Shown piece by piece: positions 25,101-36,100 of a stretch of 64,000 nt of DNA. The position numbers were made by a program, and so were the translations under genes. Numbering within the stretch: position 1 is the first letter of the stretch; each line of letters opens with the position of its first letter. This DNA comes from Balanoglossus misakiensis (Eukaryota; Animalia; Hemichordata), in the NCBI GenBank assembly GCA_040954595.2, contig CM082590.2, positions 2,046,001 through 2,110,000 on the forward strand, written 5' to 3'. The notes beneath the pieces were generated by a model. It did no database searches and was not told where the DNA came from. It saw nothing but the letters and a program-made list of their open reading frames with translations.

Positions 25101-25765
25101 TTATTGGCTAATAAATGAGTCATCCGGAGACTTTGTGTTAGTACACATCCAGGTTACATATGTGATCAGAGTTTATGATATCACTGTCAAGATCTTAACT
25201 AGGGTGTCCTGTTTACACGAAACACCTGTTATAAACAAACACTGCCTTAGAGGAAATACACGTGAATTTGTTCGTCCAAAATTCGCTCTTCAGTAAAAAG
25301 ATGCCATTCTTCACCGTTTCGTATAGAGATAATGATGTCCTTCGCCCTAAAATATGGAGATATTACTGTCCTTCGCCCTTAAGCATACAGATAATCGTGT
25401 CCTTCGCTTTCCTTTGTTTTAGTCTCACCCTCACATCGGTCTTATTGTCCAAAGAGGCCCCCGCATCCGTGGACATCATTGGCGATCATTGGGACTTTGT
25501 CATGTTCAGTTTTGATGAAATCTTTCGAGAGTACGCTTTAAAGGTGAAACCAATTATGAAAACTTACTCGCAAGCCTGCCCAAGCATGTACAGTCGTTGC
25601 CCGAGGGTACTGCAAAGTTGCTATCCCAGTGGAGGCTGTCACGTAGATGTTCTTTTTTCCAGAATAACGGTCGTGAATATTCTTAACGAGAGTAGTTTTT
25701 CCTGTACCGGCTTGGCCTGTTATCAGGATATTGTGTCCGGAATTCAAGAGGTTTATAGCATCCAT
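22126..25765 (-). pseudogene. Intron-containing Pif1-family (SF1B) DNA helicase, decayed
   Basis: Exons: 25765-25568 (ITGQAGTGKT, TASTGIA, TVHAWAGL); 24545-24431 (DGRY...ILIIDEISM); 24276-23909 (GGIQIVACGDFYQLPPV, VHRQ); 23539-23249 (LKVGAPVMLIRNL, VNGLQG, QIPLKLAFALTFHKAQ); from 22400 (GQTL...GQLSVGLGRV). Splice phases are compatible. Frameshifts occur in exons 2 and 3. Possible further 3' exons near 21870-21727 and 21584-21342. Confidence 0.9.
24606..25430. mobile_element. Non-autonomous TIR element in helicase intron 1 (degenerate ~100-bp TIRs, 8-bp flanking direct repeat)
   Basis: Left arm TAAAACGAAGGAAAGC...GCGAAGGACATCATTATCTC is mirrored at ~25326-25421. TCACATCG lies at 24598-24605 and 25431-25438, equidistant from the two arms. 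Confidence 0.75.
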
Positions 25766-25889
25766 TGTGTACTTGAGTCCAGTGAATTTGTCAAAAATCT
25801 TTAAAATACTATAGATGCTCAAAAATCGGAATCGGATACGGAGATCGGAAACGGAACAATTGCGTAATCAACGGATCATGTGATCGCGG

Positions 25890-25939
25890 CCAATCGGTAA
25901 TAATGTACAGCGATGACGTCATGAATTAACTGGTATTGG
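25890..25939. promoter_or_regulatory. Candidate bidirectional promoter motifs (CCAAT, CRE-like TGACGTCA, reverse CCAAT)
   Basis: CCAAT at 25890-25894, TGACGTCA at 25914-25921 and ATTGG at 25935-25939, between the divergent helicase and transposase-like genes. Motif presence only. Confidence 0.3.
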
Positions 25940-26467
25940 TAAAGCTAAATATAATACGGAATAACGTTAACTGAATTTCCTTGTTCTATTTGACCAAGAA
26001 TCAATTTTATTCGATAAAGGACATGGTTCTTAAGCTGCAGTGGAAACTGTTATTCTCTTGTGCCGACTGTAGTTACCGAGAATTACTGAGTGACGTCCGA
26101 GTTATTATCGCGCGATGTATATTCTCACCCAAATTGAAATTTATGTTTGTGAGCGAAAACACTTGAAGTGCATTTTCTGCAAAGTTCAAGTTCATGGGTC
26201 TACACCATAAATTCCGGCCGTACAAACCCGTGAGATAATACTAGTAAAAGTTGTATGTTCGTATTTTATTTTATTTATTGCATTTTGGGGGCAACGCTAT
26301 AAGCCATAATGATATTTGTAAATTTACAAAAGACAAATGGCGATGGAATGTAATATGTAAACGCCGAGAAAAATCACTACCATAGAGAAATCACGATGTT
26401 TTATATGTGCTAATATAGTATGTTTACATCAACATAATTTAACACCTAATCTTTCTACATATTGCAG

Positions 26468-26757
26468 GATACTGGCAAGATGACTTGCACTGGAACGAAA
26501 CGTGATAGTTTGTGTGAAGTGCTGCAAACCCTACCAGAAAATGCAGTCAGCCTGATTTCGTCGATGGTTAAAAATAGCACAGCGAAACCAACCAGCAGAA
26601 GATGGGATAGAGATGTAATAAAATTCGGCCTACAGTTGTGGCTTAGAACGCCACAGGGCTATGAAGACATAAGGAAAAGAGGCCATCTTCTACTCCCCTC
26701 CCCTAGACTTCTGCAGATGTACAAGAACATAATTGATCAGAAATCTGGGTTTCATGA
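26468..26757 (+). pseudogene. P-element/THAP9-like transposase exon fragment (region preceding the catalytic domain)
   Basis: Acceptor ...CTTTCTACATATTGCAG, then RRWDRDVIKFGLQLWLRTPQGYEDIRKRGHLLLPSPRLLQMYKNIIDQKSGF, fitting the RW-x-L-x-SP-x-Y-x-LR-x-LPS-x-L pattern of P-type transposases. Similarity ends at a repeat insertion near 26765; no DDE residues are seen. Confidence 0.7.
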
Positions 26758-26765
26758 CTTTTTAT

Positions 26766-27080
26766 GCTGTTTCGTTGTTTCGTTGTGCGCGCGCGTATAT
26801 TCACTGTGTATATGTAGCAGTTTGGCATGAATCGTTTTCGTGCGCACACGACCCTACCACTAGTACCAGTCCCCAGATCAGGAACTGGCGACCCGCCGTT
26901 TGTTTCCAACGCCAAATTTGATTATAATGTTGAATTTCCGAGAAAACAATTTATCTGACCTGTACTTAAAAAATCATACGCCACCGTCTTGATGACTGGT
27001 CCCTATTTTAATAATGGTATCGCCATGTCTCGCTGTTTCGTTGTTTCGTTGTTTCGCTGTTTCGCAAAGTATAACTAGCC
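26766..27080. mobile_element. Fragment of a probable non-autonomous DNA element with (TGTTTCGY)n subterminal repeats
   Basis: GCTGTTTCGTTGTTTCGTTG at 26766 and 27032, ending TTCGCAAAGTATAACTAGCC. It interrupts the transposase-like frame; only one end is recognisable. Confidence 0.4.
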
Positions 27081-27288
27081 TCCTCTTACTGGTATATGTC
27101 TTGGATCAACATCAGAGGTTTTCTTTTAGTACAAGATTATGACATCATCCTCAGGAAATTGCTCAAACTACTGACCTCTGGTAAGGCACAAATATCGCTA
27201 CCACAGTATTCAAGTGAAGCAGCTTCCAGCTGTATGGATTGGTGACATCAAATTCATGGTTTTTGATGGGCACAGAGATCCCAGTGTA

Positions 27289-27721
27289 ACCCTTACACAA
27301 TCAAAATGTCCGCCTAAATGAAATCAGCCTCATTCTCGTTTCTGCACATGTCACCAAAAAGTAATTATAACCAGCTGCATATTCAAATTCTGTTTACTTG
27401 AACGTTCTGGCATATATACCGCAACCATGCCGCAACAGACTCCACTGATCACCAGATAATATCAAACTCCCTGTTTACTTTACTTTTGCGGTATATGCGC
27501 CGCAAAAGGCTCCACTGATCACCAGTAGTACAAGACACTATGTGTTTACTTAAATGTTGCGGCATACGTGCTGCAAAAGTCTTGACTGATCGCCAGAAGT
27601 GTGCCGGTACTGGCAACCATCGGCAAATAGTCGCCACAATTTTGCGGTCAGAAATTTGCGTGCCGCACATGTGCCGCAACTTCGCCGCATGTTTGCCGCA
27701 ATAAAACAACTTCGTAAGGGT
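27289..27721. mobile_element. Putative small non-autonomous DNA element with short TIRs and GCCGCA subterminal repeats
   Basis: TA-ACCCTTAC ... GTAAGGGT-TA inverted ends, many GCCGCA/TGCGG motifs in both orientations, and an internal CTCCACTGATCACCAG duplicate. Confidence 0.45.
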
Positions 27722-29111
27722 TATCAAACTACCCTACGGGAAATTCATGACAGATTGCAACAAATCCAGACTTGTTAGTTAAGTGTGCCAAACCCATGGT
27801 TGCTTCTTGTGTGTTACAACTTGGAGAAAGAGGGTTTTAAATTAAGTTGTGATGGAAAACAGCAACATTCCATCTATGTCTGGAAATCTGTTGAATCTGG
27901 ACATTGTGTGCTCTTTATCAGCTGAATAGTGGTATGTCATTGAGAATATTATATTAAAAAGTATGCATTTTTGTTCTTTTCTTTTCAAATTTTAAAACTA
28001 TTCCAAATGTTGTTCATAAGTTTGCTTATACAGATCAGTTTTTGATAGGGTGAGTTGAAAGTAAATGTGTCACACAAGTAGGTGGGATGGATGGTTTATA
28101 GTATTCAATTTTTATGAAAAGTGATTTTGCTGCTCTTGACAATCCTTGAGTGGCAAACTATTTTTCATACAAATATGGGTTATGTCCTTAATATACACAC
28201 CCTCATATCAGTTGCACACAATGACAAAGTAATATTCACATAGTTTATGCTCCATCTACCCTATTTTTTCAAAGATGGTTTTCAGATTACTACATGTAAT
28301 TAAAGCTTTCAACATTTCAGCTGCATTTTTCAAGATTATTTTCACATTCTTTTACTATTGTTACCAATGTAAATAGGAGCAATGCTTAAAGGCACAGTTG
28401 CTGTAACTCTTGATGTTTATTTCAATATTTTTGTTCTGTTCAAACTCTGCTATTTCTAGTTCTACTCACTAAAATATGCTTAAGTGCCCAGTATTGAGCT
28501 TCCCAATAAAGTATATATGCTTGTAAAGTACCATGTTATTGATGACATTTTACTTTTAGTCCGCACTTAAAGTCAGTTGTCAACAATAACATTGCTGATT
28601 ATTGTATATTAACCTTGGTAACAAGCTGAATACTTGCCTTATCAACATGATGTAGGAGGTAGAACAAGACACTGTAGGTGACACACAGCACAAAAATAGT
28701 TAAACAATTATCAAAAGTAATGTGCCGTTAAAAGTACGAGATCAACATTGAATAGTTACTCGATATGCCATTTGAAAATCATACAATCCATTTGTCTGAC
28801 TTAAATGATTCAACTAGAAACTTAGAGCGGGGATGACACTTGTGAAACACCTTCGCTTGGCTATTTAAACGCTTCTTTTAGAAGCAAGGATGTGGTAAAA
28901 ATGGTCTTATGCACTGAATTTTTTGCTACGCGAATCAGTGCGCCAGATACTAATACTGAATTTGAATTGCAGACTCATTACTTTTCTCGAACATTGTATA
29001 CTCACCAATATGGAGTTTTGTTATTGTGCTTTTTATTTACAGTACACTGTACAAATCAAGTTACAAGTACAATATTGATGATGTGAAGATCTTTATAGTG
29101 ATATTTTTGCA

Positions 29112-29242
29112 TTAAGGGAGGGTCATACATTTTTGTGCTCACGTTTGGGGGGAGGGCCATATTTTTTCTGAGTCCGTAACTTGGGGAGGGTCCTTAATTT
29201 CTGGCCATTTCCCCCTCCTGGTAATTTACGTCCAGTCCCTTA
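29112..29242. mobile_element. Possible short MITE remnant with GGAGGG(T/C)C subrepeats
   Basis: TAAGGGA...TCCCTTA inverted ends and three GGGAGGGYC units. Weak TIR. Confidence 0.3.
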
Positions 29243-30382
29243 CTTGCCTTTGTTTTGGCAGCTGCAGGCCTGAATGTTTTACTACCGCAAATAAATCTAC
29301 CCTAATCGATTATTCATAAAAGTACAACGTTTTTGGAACTGCTGTCGACATTGTAAAAGCCCTAGCTAGTAACTTGGGGGTGAAACAAGGCAACTCTCAG
29401 TAGCTCCTGGGAACAGTTCAATTTCATTGTCATATCAGTACATGTGCTGGTCCAGTGAAAAAAATGGGTCTCATGAACGTTCCCCAATTTATGACTGATC
29501 ACCAAGGTCCTTGGAAAGAAGCATATTTTAAAACAGGCACCTGGTCTGGTCTTTTTCTTTGTCAACTTTGGACAAGCTTTAGCCTTGCATGCCCTGTACG
29601 TCACAATGCACATTAGACATCAACATATCTTTAGAACATGGTGAATTTTACACGGTGTGTAGGTTATATTATTGACTGCTACAATATTTTCAGTGTTTAT
29701 GCTTTAAATGAACCCAGGCGGCTGGCAGTTGAAAGACTACTGAACAAACAGTTTCACGTCAATGTAATCGAGACATTATCACTGAAGAGGTGTGAACGAG
29801 CGAAGACATTCAGGAGACTCCTCTGTGCAAACACTGCCCTTGGCTACCAGCTGTGAAGTGATATGATAGAATTGTACCACATCAATTAGCAAGGCCCTGT
29901 ACTGTAAGATGTTAAACCCCTTTGCGGGGTATAAAAGACCCCCCAAATCAGTGGCGAATCTTAATGCCGTTTGACTGACAACAGACAACACCAACGATCT
30001 TGGCTCTATGAAAATCGGCCCAAACAAGTCCAAGCATAAAGAATTACACCACACAACGACAGTAGTTGGCTTTATATACACACACAACATAAAGTCATCG
30101 ACGAAAAAGTACACGAGCTTATGAAACAACGATGATTTTGGGAGAAATCTGGTTTCAGTGCTTTTCAGAAGCGTCCCTGGGAAACAATAACCACGCCATT
30201 CAAACAGTTGTCAATCGCGTGGAAGTGTGAAGTGTTCAATTATTTTCTGTGTACATGAGAGCAATCACAGTCATTATGCACGACGACCACTCCCAAATAA
30301 ACAACTATACAAACACACGTTAATCCGAACCCCAGGACTTTCTGCACCGGGGTTTAAGTGTTACATTTTTTGTGTATACCAG

Positions 30383-30795
30383 TGGGACCTTATGTATGGA
30401 CGTATGGACGGATAGATGGATGTATGTGTACACATCAAAAACTTGAAAACCGTTGCGCCAATAACCTTGATATTTGGTGTGTAGATGCATGCTAGGCTGT
30501 AGATGGGAGTTTGTTCAAACGAATTTGTCATTGCCAACAATATGCAAATTAGCTGGGAAAAACCTTAATTTGGTCAAAACTCAGACACTCAACAACTCCT
30601 GGTCATATTGATTTGAAAAATGGTATGATGGTACCTTATATTAGCCTTACACATTTCTGTATGTTTTAATCTAATAGTGTGAATTTTCTACTTTTTAAGC
30701 ATTTTTTGTCTTTTTCCACATTTTTGGTAAACAATCTACTTTTTTGGAATTGATCATCCGACTTCTATGAAATTTGGTATGGAGCTTTATATAGG
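30383..30795 (+). mobile_element. Dispersed repeat, DINE-1/HINE-like (Helentron-associated non-autonomous) architecture, copy 1
   Basis: TGGGACCTTATG, a TGTA/GGAT microsatellite, CACATCAAAAACTTGAAAACCG, and core units with TTTGGT motifs; homologous to ~32325-32640. The family is inferred from architecture. Confidence 0.6.
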
Positions 30796-31182
30796 TGATC
30801 TGAGTGACATGATGGATACCAACATAATATCACATATTGCCACCAGTCAAATATGTTGTAAACTGTGTCATATTTGCTACAGAAACAGATCCTACTGTAT
30901 CCTTCATCACCCCATTAGGGAACATGTATTCAAAGCATAGTAAGTTTCCACAGGGGAAAAAATACCTGCAGTAAACGACACAGTGCATGGTTAACAATGG
31001 TGATCTGAGTGACATGATGGATACCAACATAATATCACATATTGCCACCAGTCAACTATGTTGTAAACTGTGTCATATTTGCTACAGAAACAGATCCTAC
31101 TGTATCCTTCATCACCCCATTAGGGAACATGTATTCAAAGCATAGTAAGTTTCCACAGGGGAAAAAATACCTGCAGTAAACG
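30794..31182. repeat. Near-perfect tandem duplication (30794-30977 and 30999-31182)
   Basis: 184-bp copies differing at one position that I can see (CAAAT vs CAACT), separated by 21 bp. Confidence 0.95.
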
Positions 31183-32294
31183 TACATGCTACCCAAGTAA
31201 ATTTTGGGGAGGAAGCACACCATAATATGTGGATTATAGATGACAAGAAAGACAAAACACAGATGTATAGACACATCATAAATGTGTTTTCCAGTCAAAA
31301 GCGATGGGTATTGGACATTACAAGAAGTAAAGGTAAGATTCACAACGAGTACACTTTTCATCATTGACCATTTTTATAAAAAAATGCAATACATTTCAGA
31401 CAAAGATATTTTTGTGATTGTCTGTCACTCACGTGTACATTTTATCATCCATCAGTCCAATTCAAACCAAAGAAAATGTTGCCAGTTGTTGGCTTCTGTC
31501 ACTTTAAATTAAAGCAGTGGTATTGTAGTAAAATGGAAGACAATACCTAGTCATATTAGTAGAATGAATGGGGAAAACAGTTGTGATCAGGACACAGACA
31601 ATTATTGTAAAGTCAAAGCAAAAGTAATATTATTAAATTCCTTTTGACAGTGTAAATGTTTCCACATAGTTACACAAAATGCATTATATGGGGAGAGTCA
31701 ACAAACATTTGATTTTCGCATTATCATGTTCTCTGGTTCAATACTTACAGTGACTGATTTAATTGATGAATGGGCAAGGTTATCTAATAGTAAACATGAT
31801 TAGGAGATTTTTTCATGTCATAATATGGTTAGTTGAGAAGTTGTTTCATTTCATATGTAATTTTTTAAGCACATTCAAAAAACAGGCTTCATTTTGATGT
31901 ATTGAAGATGAGTCGTATTATCTGCCAGGAAAATTAGTTACTGATGAATATGTTTGAAACCACAAGTAGTTAAAGGGTTCCACAACAATCAATGGATAAA
32001 CAGGATAAATTTTATCAAATATACTGGGTTTCTCAAATTACCAATCAAAGCAAGCTGTATATTATATAAACAATGACATAGGAATGGAGGCCAGTTTGTA
32101 TTTTAATTTTTACTATAAATAGTACTTGTGTGTTTTTATTTCCAGGCTCTGTATTCACAACGGCGGTGAATCTTGGAAGACCAAGTATATGTGTTGAGAC
32201 GGACAGCAGTGAGTTGGAGGCAGTCTATTCGCAAGCAACGCAACAACTCCACTGGAATGGAGCTGGATATTTAAGCGAAGAAGATTTTAATTAG
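31159..32294 (+). CDS. Last two exons (about 31159-31332 and 32146-32294) of a beta-class N4C/N6A DNA-methyltransferase-like protein with a degenerate SAM-binding motif; may be a pseudogene
   Basis: Donor AAAG|GTAAGA at 31333 and acceptor TTTTTATTTCCAG|GC at 32145 are both phase 1. The spliced peptide HHNMWIIDDKKDKTQMYRHIINVFSSQKRWVLDITRSKGSVFTTAVNLGRPSICVETDSSELEAVYSQA resembles the N6_N4_Mtase pattern KP..L...LI..SS..GD.VLDPF.GSG.T..AA..LGR..IG.E.D. The 5' boundary is uncertain. Confidence 0.6.
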
Positions 32295-32324
32295 GTGACA
32301 GGGGTTTTGAAGTAGGCCACTTCC

Positions 32325-32640
32325 ATTTACCCTGAGTGACTTTTTTGTCCATGGGACCTTATGGGATAGGTTGCATCTGTATATATGTATGTATGTATGG
32401 ATGGATGGATGTATGTCTGTATGTCCGTCCACATCAAAAACTTGAAAACCGCTGCGTGTATCACCTTGATATTTGGTGTGCTGATGCAGGCTGGGATGTA
32501 GATGGGAGTTTGTTCAAATGAAGTTGCCATTGCCAAAAATATGCAAATTAGCTGGAAAAATGTGAATTTGGGCAAAACTCAGTAACTCAAGAACTACTGG
32601 TCAGATTGCTTAGTAAAGTGGTGTGTATTTACTTTATTGA
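32325..32640 (+). mobile_element. Dispersed repeat, DINE-1/HINE-like, copy 2
   Basis: Same TGGGACCTTATG, microsatellite, CACATCAAAAACTTGAAAACCG and ATATGCAAATTAGCTGG blocks as copy 1, visibly diverged from it. Confidence 0.6.
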
Positions 32641-33143
32641 GTTGTTTTAATTAGGCAGGAACTCCCCTCCTGTGTTTCATATAAACACAGCAAATTCCTG
32701 AATGATTACATAACTTGCTAAGTTTTAAAGAGGCCAGCTGTTCTATTTAGTGTATGTACAGTACATATGCCATTGGCAGCTTATGGGTCAGTCAGTGTTT
32801 GCCCATTGATCTCTCGCTATGTGTGTGTCTGTCTGTCTGTCTGTCGGTATATGGCCATGTACTCCAGTGTAGACTTTTTCTTGTATAATAACTCAATGGG
32901 ACCACAGTGTCAATGACGCGATTTTTTTCAATTGTCTGCTTGATTGATCTTTTTTTTACGAAATCTTTGAAATATTTTCCAGCTTAAGAATTTTATTTGC
33001 CCAATTTATATCATACATGAAATAATCTCCAAGGGATTTTACAAGGTCATTCGTAAGAGTTCACATTAAGTTTGCTGTGTGTCATGTATGCTAAATAAAT
33101 AAGAGAAATCTAATTTTTACTTGTGAGAGTCTATTATTATTCC

Positions 33144-36100
33144 CCAGGGGTACCAATTCTCTGCCCTAGTAAGGTCCAGGGGTACTTATTCTCTGCCCTA
33201 GCAAGGTCCAGGGGTACTTATTCTCTGCCCTATCAAGGTCCAGGGGTACTTATTCTCTGCCCTAGCAATGTCCAGGGGTACTTATTCTCTGCCCTAGCAA
33301 GGTCCAGGGGTACCAATTCTCAGCCCTAGCAAGGTCCAGGGGTACCAATTCTCTGCCCTAGCAAGGTCCAGGGGTACTTATTCTCTGCCCTATCAAGGTC
33401 CATGGGTTCTTATTCTCTGCCCTAGCAAGGTCCAGGGGTACTTATTCTCTGCCCTAGCAAGGTCCAGGGGTACCAATTCTCAGCTCTAGCAAGGTCCAGG
33501 GGTACCAATTCTCTGCCCTAGCAAGGTCCAGGGGTACTTATTCTCTGCCCTATCAAGGTCCATGGGTTCTTATTCTCTGCCCTAGCAAGGTCCAGGGGTA
33601 CTTATTCTCTGCCCTAGCAAGGTCCAGGGGTACCAATTCTCTGCCCTAGCAAGGTCCAGGGGTACTTATTCTCTGCCCTATCAAGGTCCATGGGTTCTTA
33701 TTCTCTGCCCTAGCAAGGTCCAGGGGTACCAATTCTCTGCCCTAGCAAGGGCCAGGGGTACTTATTCTCTGCCCTAGCAAGGGTCAGGGGTACTTATTCT
33801 CAACCCTAGCAAGGTCCAGAGGTACTTATTCTCTGCCCTAGCAAGGGCCAGGGGTACCAATTCTCTGCCCTAGCAAGGGCCAGGGGTACTTATTCTCTGC
33901 CCTAGCAAGGGCCAGGGGTACCAATTCTCTGCCCAAGCAAGGGCCAGGGGTACTTATTCCCTGCCCTAGCAAGGGCCAGGGGTACCAATTCTCAGCCCTA
34001 GCAAGGTCCAGGGGTACCAATTCTCTGCCCTAGCAAGGTCCAGGGGTACCAATTCTCTGCCCTAGCAAGGGCCAGGGGTACTTATTCTCTGCCCTAGCAA
34101 GGGTCAGGGGTATTTATTCTCTGCCCTAGCAAGGGCCAGGGGTACTTATTCTCTGCCCTATCAAGGTCCATGGGTTCTTATTCTCTGCCCTAGCAAGGTC
34201 CAGAGGTACCAATTCCCTGCCCTAGCAAGGGCCAGGGGTACTTATTCTCTGCCCTAGCAAGGTCCAGGGGTACCAATTCTCTGCCCTAGCAAGGTCCAGG
34301 GGTACTTATTCTCTGCCCTATCAAGGTCCATGGGTTCTTATTCTCTGCCCTAGCAAGGTCCAGGGGTACCAATTCTCTGCCCTAGCAAGGGCCAGGGGTA
34401 CTTATTCTCTGCCCTAGCAAGGGTCAGGGGTACTTATTCTCAACCCTAGCAAGGTCCAGAGGTACTTATTCTCTGCCCTAGCAAGGGCCAGGGGTACCAA
34501 TTCTCTGCCCTAGCAAGGGCCAGGGGTACTTATTCTCTGCCCTAGCAAGGGCCAGGGGTACCAATTCTCTGCCCAAGCAAGGGCCAGGGGTACTTATTCT
34601 CTGCCCTAGCAAGGGCCAGGGGTACCAATTCTCAGCCCTAGCAAGGTCCAGGGGTACCAATTCTCTGCCCTAGCAAGGTCCAGAGGTACCAATTCTCTGC
34701 CCTAGCAAGGGCCAGGGGTACTTATTCTCTGCCCTAGCAAGGGTCAGGGGTATTTATTCTCTGCCCTAGCAAGTGCCAGGGGTACTTATTCTCAGCCCTA
34801 GCAAGGTCCAGGGATACTTATTCTCTGCCCTAGCAAGGTCCAGGGGTACCAATTCTCTGCCCTAGCAAGGTCCAGAGGTACCAATTCTCAGCCCTAGCAA
34901 GGTCCAGGGATACTTATTCTCTGCCCTAGCAAGGTCCAGGGGTACCAATTCTGTGCCCTAGCAAGGTCCAGAGGTACCAATTCTCTGCCCTAGCAAGGGC
35001 CAGGGATACTTATTCTCTGCCCTAGCAAGGTCCAGGGGTACCAATTCTCAGCCCTAGCAAGGTCCAGGGGTACCAATTCTCTGCCCTAGCAAGGTCCAGG
35101 GGTACTTATTCTCTGCCCTATCAAGGTCCATGGGTTCTTATTCTCTGCCCTAGCAAGGTCCAGGGGTACCAATTCCCTGCCCTAGCAAGGGCCAGGGGTA
35201 CTTATTCTCTGCCCTAGCAAGGGCCAGGGGTACTTATTCACTGGCCTAGCAAGGTCCATGGGTTCTTATTCTCTGCCCTAGCAAGGTCCAGGGGTACTTA
35301 TTCTCTGCCCTAGCAAGGTCCAGGGGTACCAATTCTCTGCCCTATCAAGGTCCATGGGTTCTTATTCTCTGCCCTAGCAAGGGCCAGGGGTACCAATTCT
35401 CTGAACTAGCAAGGGCCAGGGGTACCAATTCTCTGCCCTATCAAGGTCCATGGGTTCTTATTCTCTGCCCTAGCAAGGGCCAGGGGTACCAATTCTCTGC
35501 CCTAGCAAGGGCCAGGGGTACCAATTCTCTACCCTAGCAAGGGCCATGGGTTCTTATTCTCTGCCCTAGCAAGGTCCAGGGGTACTTATTCTCTGCCCTA
35601 GCAAGGTCCAGGGGTACCAATTCTCAGCCCTAGCAAGGTCCAGGGGTACCAATTCTCTGCCCTAGCAAGGTCCAGGGGTACTTATTCTCAGCCCTAGCAA
35701 GGTCCAGAGGTACTTATTCTCAGCCCTAGCAAGGTCCAGAGGTACTTATTCTCTGCCCTAGCAAGGGCCAGGGGTACTTAATCTCTGCCCTAGCAAGGGC
35801 CAGGGGTACCAATTCTCAGCCCTAGCAAGGGCCAGGGGTACCAATTCTCTGCCCTAGCAAGGGCCAGGGGTACTTATTCTCTGCCCTAGCAAGGGCCAGG
35901 GGTACCAATTCTCAGCCCTAGCAAGGTCCAGGGGTACCAATTCTCTGCCCTAGCAAGGGCCAGGGGTACTTATTCTCAGCCCTAGCAAGGTCCAGAGGTA
36001 CTTATTCTCAGCCCTAGCAAGGTCCAGAGGTACTTATTCTCTGCCCTAGCAAGGGCCAGGGGTACTTATTCTCTGCCCTAGCAAGGGCCAGGGGTACCAA

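Noticed and set aside
24558-25562. AATTATGAAAA direct repeat as the TSD of the intronic insertion
   Set aside because: Removing the enclosed sequence would leave an intron of only about 28 bp, and the repeat is asymmetric to the TIR arms; TCACATCG fits better.
22126-25765. Helitron RepHel or functional host PIF1
   Set aside because: No HUH Rep motifs upstream, no cellular PIF1 N-terminal domain, and multiple frameshifts.
25262-25804. 180-aa plus-strand ORF
   Set aside because: It is antisense to helicase exon 1 and runs through a MITE arm; no motif support.
30542-32548. Octamer ATGCAAAT motifs as snRNA or gene promoter elements
   Set aside because: Both sit at the same position in two copies of a dispersed repeat, and no snRNA sequence is recognisable nearby.
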